Virus record (IMG/VR): IMGVR_UViG_2579779052_000006
DNA length: 6,325 bases
From: a virus
Taxonomy: Duplodnaviria; Heunggongvirae; Uroviricota; Caudoviricetes
Direction: 5' to 3' (one strand)
The stretch's first letter is position 1. Each line of letters opens with the position of its first letter. This document shows positions 6,031-6,325 of this stretch, one piece after another. A program made the position numbers and the translations under genes. The notes beneath the pieces are model-generated. The model was not told the DNA's origin. It was given only the letters and a program-made list of their open reading frames with translations, and ran no database searches.

Positions 6031-6325
6031 AGTGTTTTATGTTCAGATAATGCCCGATGACTTTGTCATGCAGCTCCACCGATTTTGAGAACGACAGCGA
6101 CTTCCGTCCCAGCCGTGCCAGGTGCTGCCTCAGATTCAGGTTATGCCGCTCAATTCGCTGCGTATATCGCTTGCTGATTACGTGCAGCTTTCCCTTCAGG
6201 CGGGATTCATACAGCGGCCAGCCATCCGTCATCCATATCACCACGTCAAAGGGTGACAGCAGGCTCATAAGACGCCCCAGCGTCGCCATAGTGCGTTCAC
6301 CGAATACGTGCGCAACAACCGTCTT
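6023..6325 (-). CDS. insB: IS1 transposase InsB, C-terminal part (N-terminus lies beyond the window end)
   Basis: Translation ...[88 protein letters not shown] matches the recalled InsB C-terminus. The reading frame stays open to the window edge. Confidence 0.9.
   Translation of the reverse strand, partial: KTVVAHVFGERTMATLGRLMSLLSPFDVVIWMTDGWPLYESRLKGKLHVISKRYTQRIERHNLNLRQHLARLGRKSLSFSKSVELHDKVIGHYLNIKHYQ

Larger units (their letters stand above)
6008..6325 (-). mobile_element. IS1 insertion sequence, partial (about 318 of 768 bp; continues beyond the window end)
   Basis: From 6008 the sequence GGTAATGACTCCAACTTATTGATAGTGTTTTATGTTCAGATAATGCCCGATGAC... matches the canonical IS1 end as I recall it, and the encoded protein is the InsB C-terminus. 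Confidence 0.92.

Noticed and set aside
1-6325. CRISPR arrays, tRNA or rRNA genes, and a phage attachment site
   Set aside because: No array of regularly spaced direct repeats and no tRNA-like or rRNA-like sequence was seen. The integrase gene ends at base 1, so any att core or tRNA integration target would lie left of the window and cannot be assessed.

Overview
This window reads as the integration-proximal (left) arm of a lambdoid, Qin/DLP12-like prophage from an Enterobacteriaceae genome (E. coli/Shigella-like; inferred from recalled IS1 and DicF sequence, not searched). Every supported gene is on the minus strand except one. Reading the minus strand from high to low coordinates: a partial IS1 copy (6008..6325, runs off the window), a tandem-palindrome operator/promoter region (5923..5963), a small YdfA/YdaF-like gene, an unrecognised 137-aa gene, the DicF sRNA with its terminator, dicB, a ydfD-like lysis gene, a large 824-aa exonuclease with a C-terminal DnaQ-like DEDDh domain, then xis and a lambda-family tyrosine integrase ending at base 1. 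The attachment site would lie just left of the window. The most unusual feature is an AT-rich segment (about 4900..5590) carrying two convergent, 3'-overlapping ORFs, one of them (92 aa) on the plus strand, antisense to the operon. Neither product is recognisable to me, so this is the best candidate for an undescribed module, but it rests on sequence features only. No CRISPR array, tRNA or rRNA was seen. All homology statements are from reading the translations and from memory; none was confirmed by database search.
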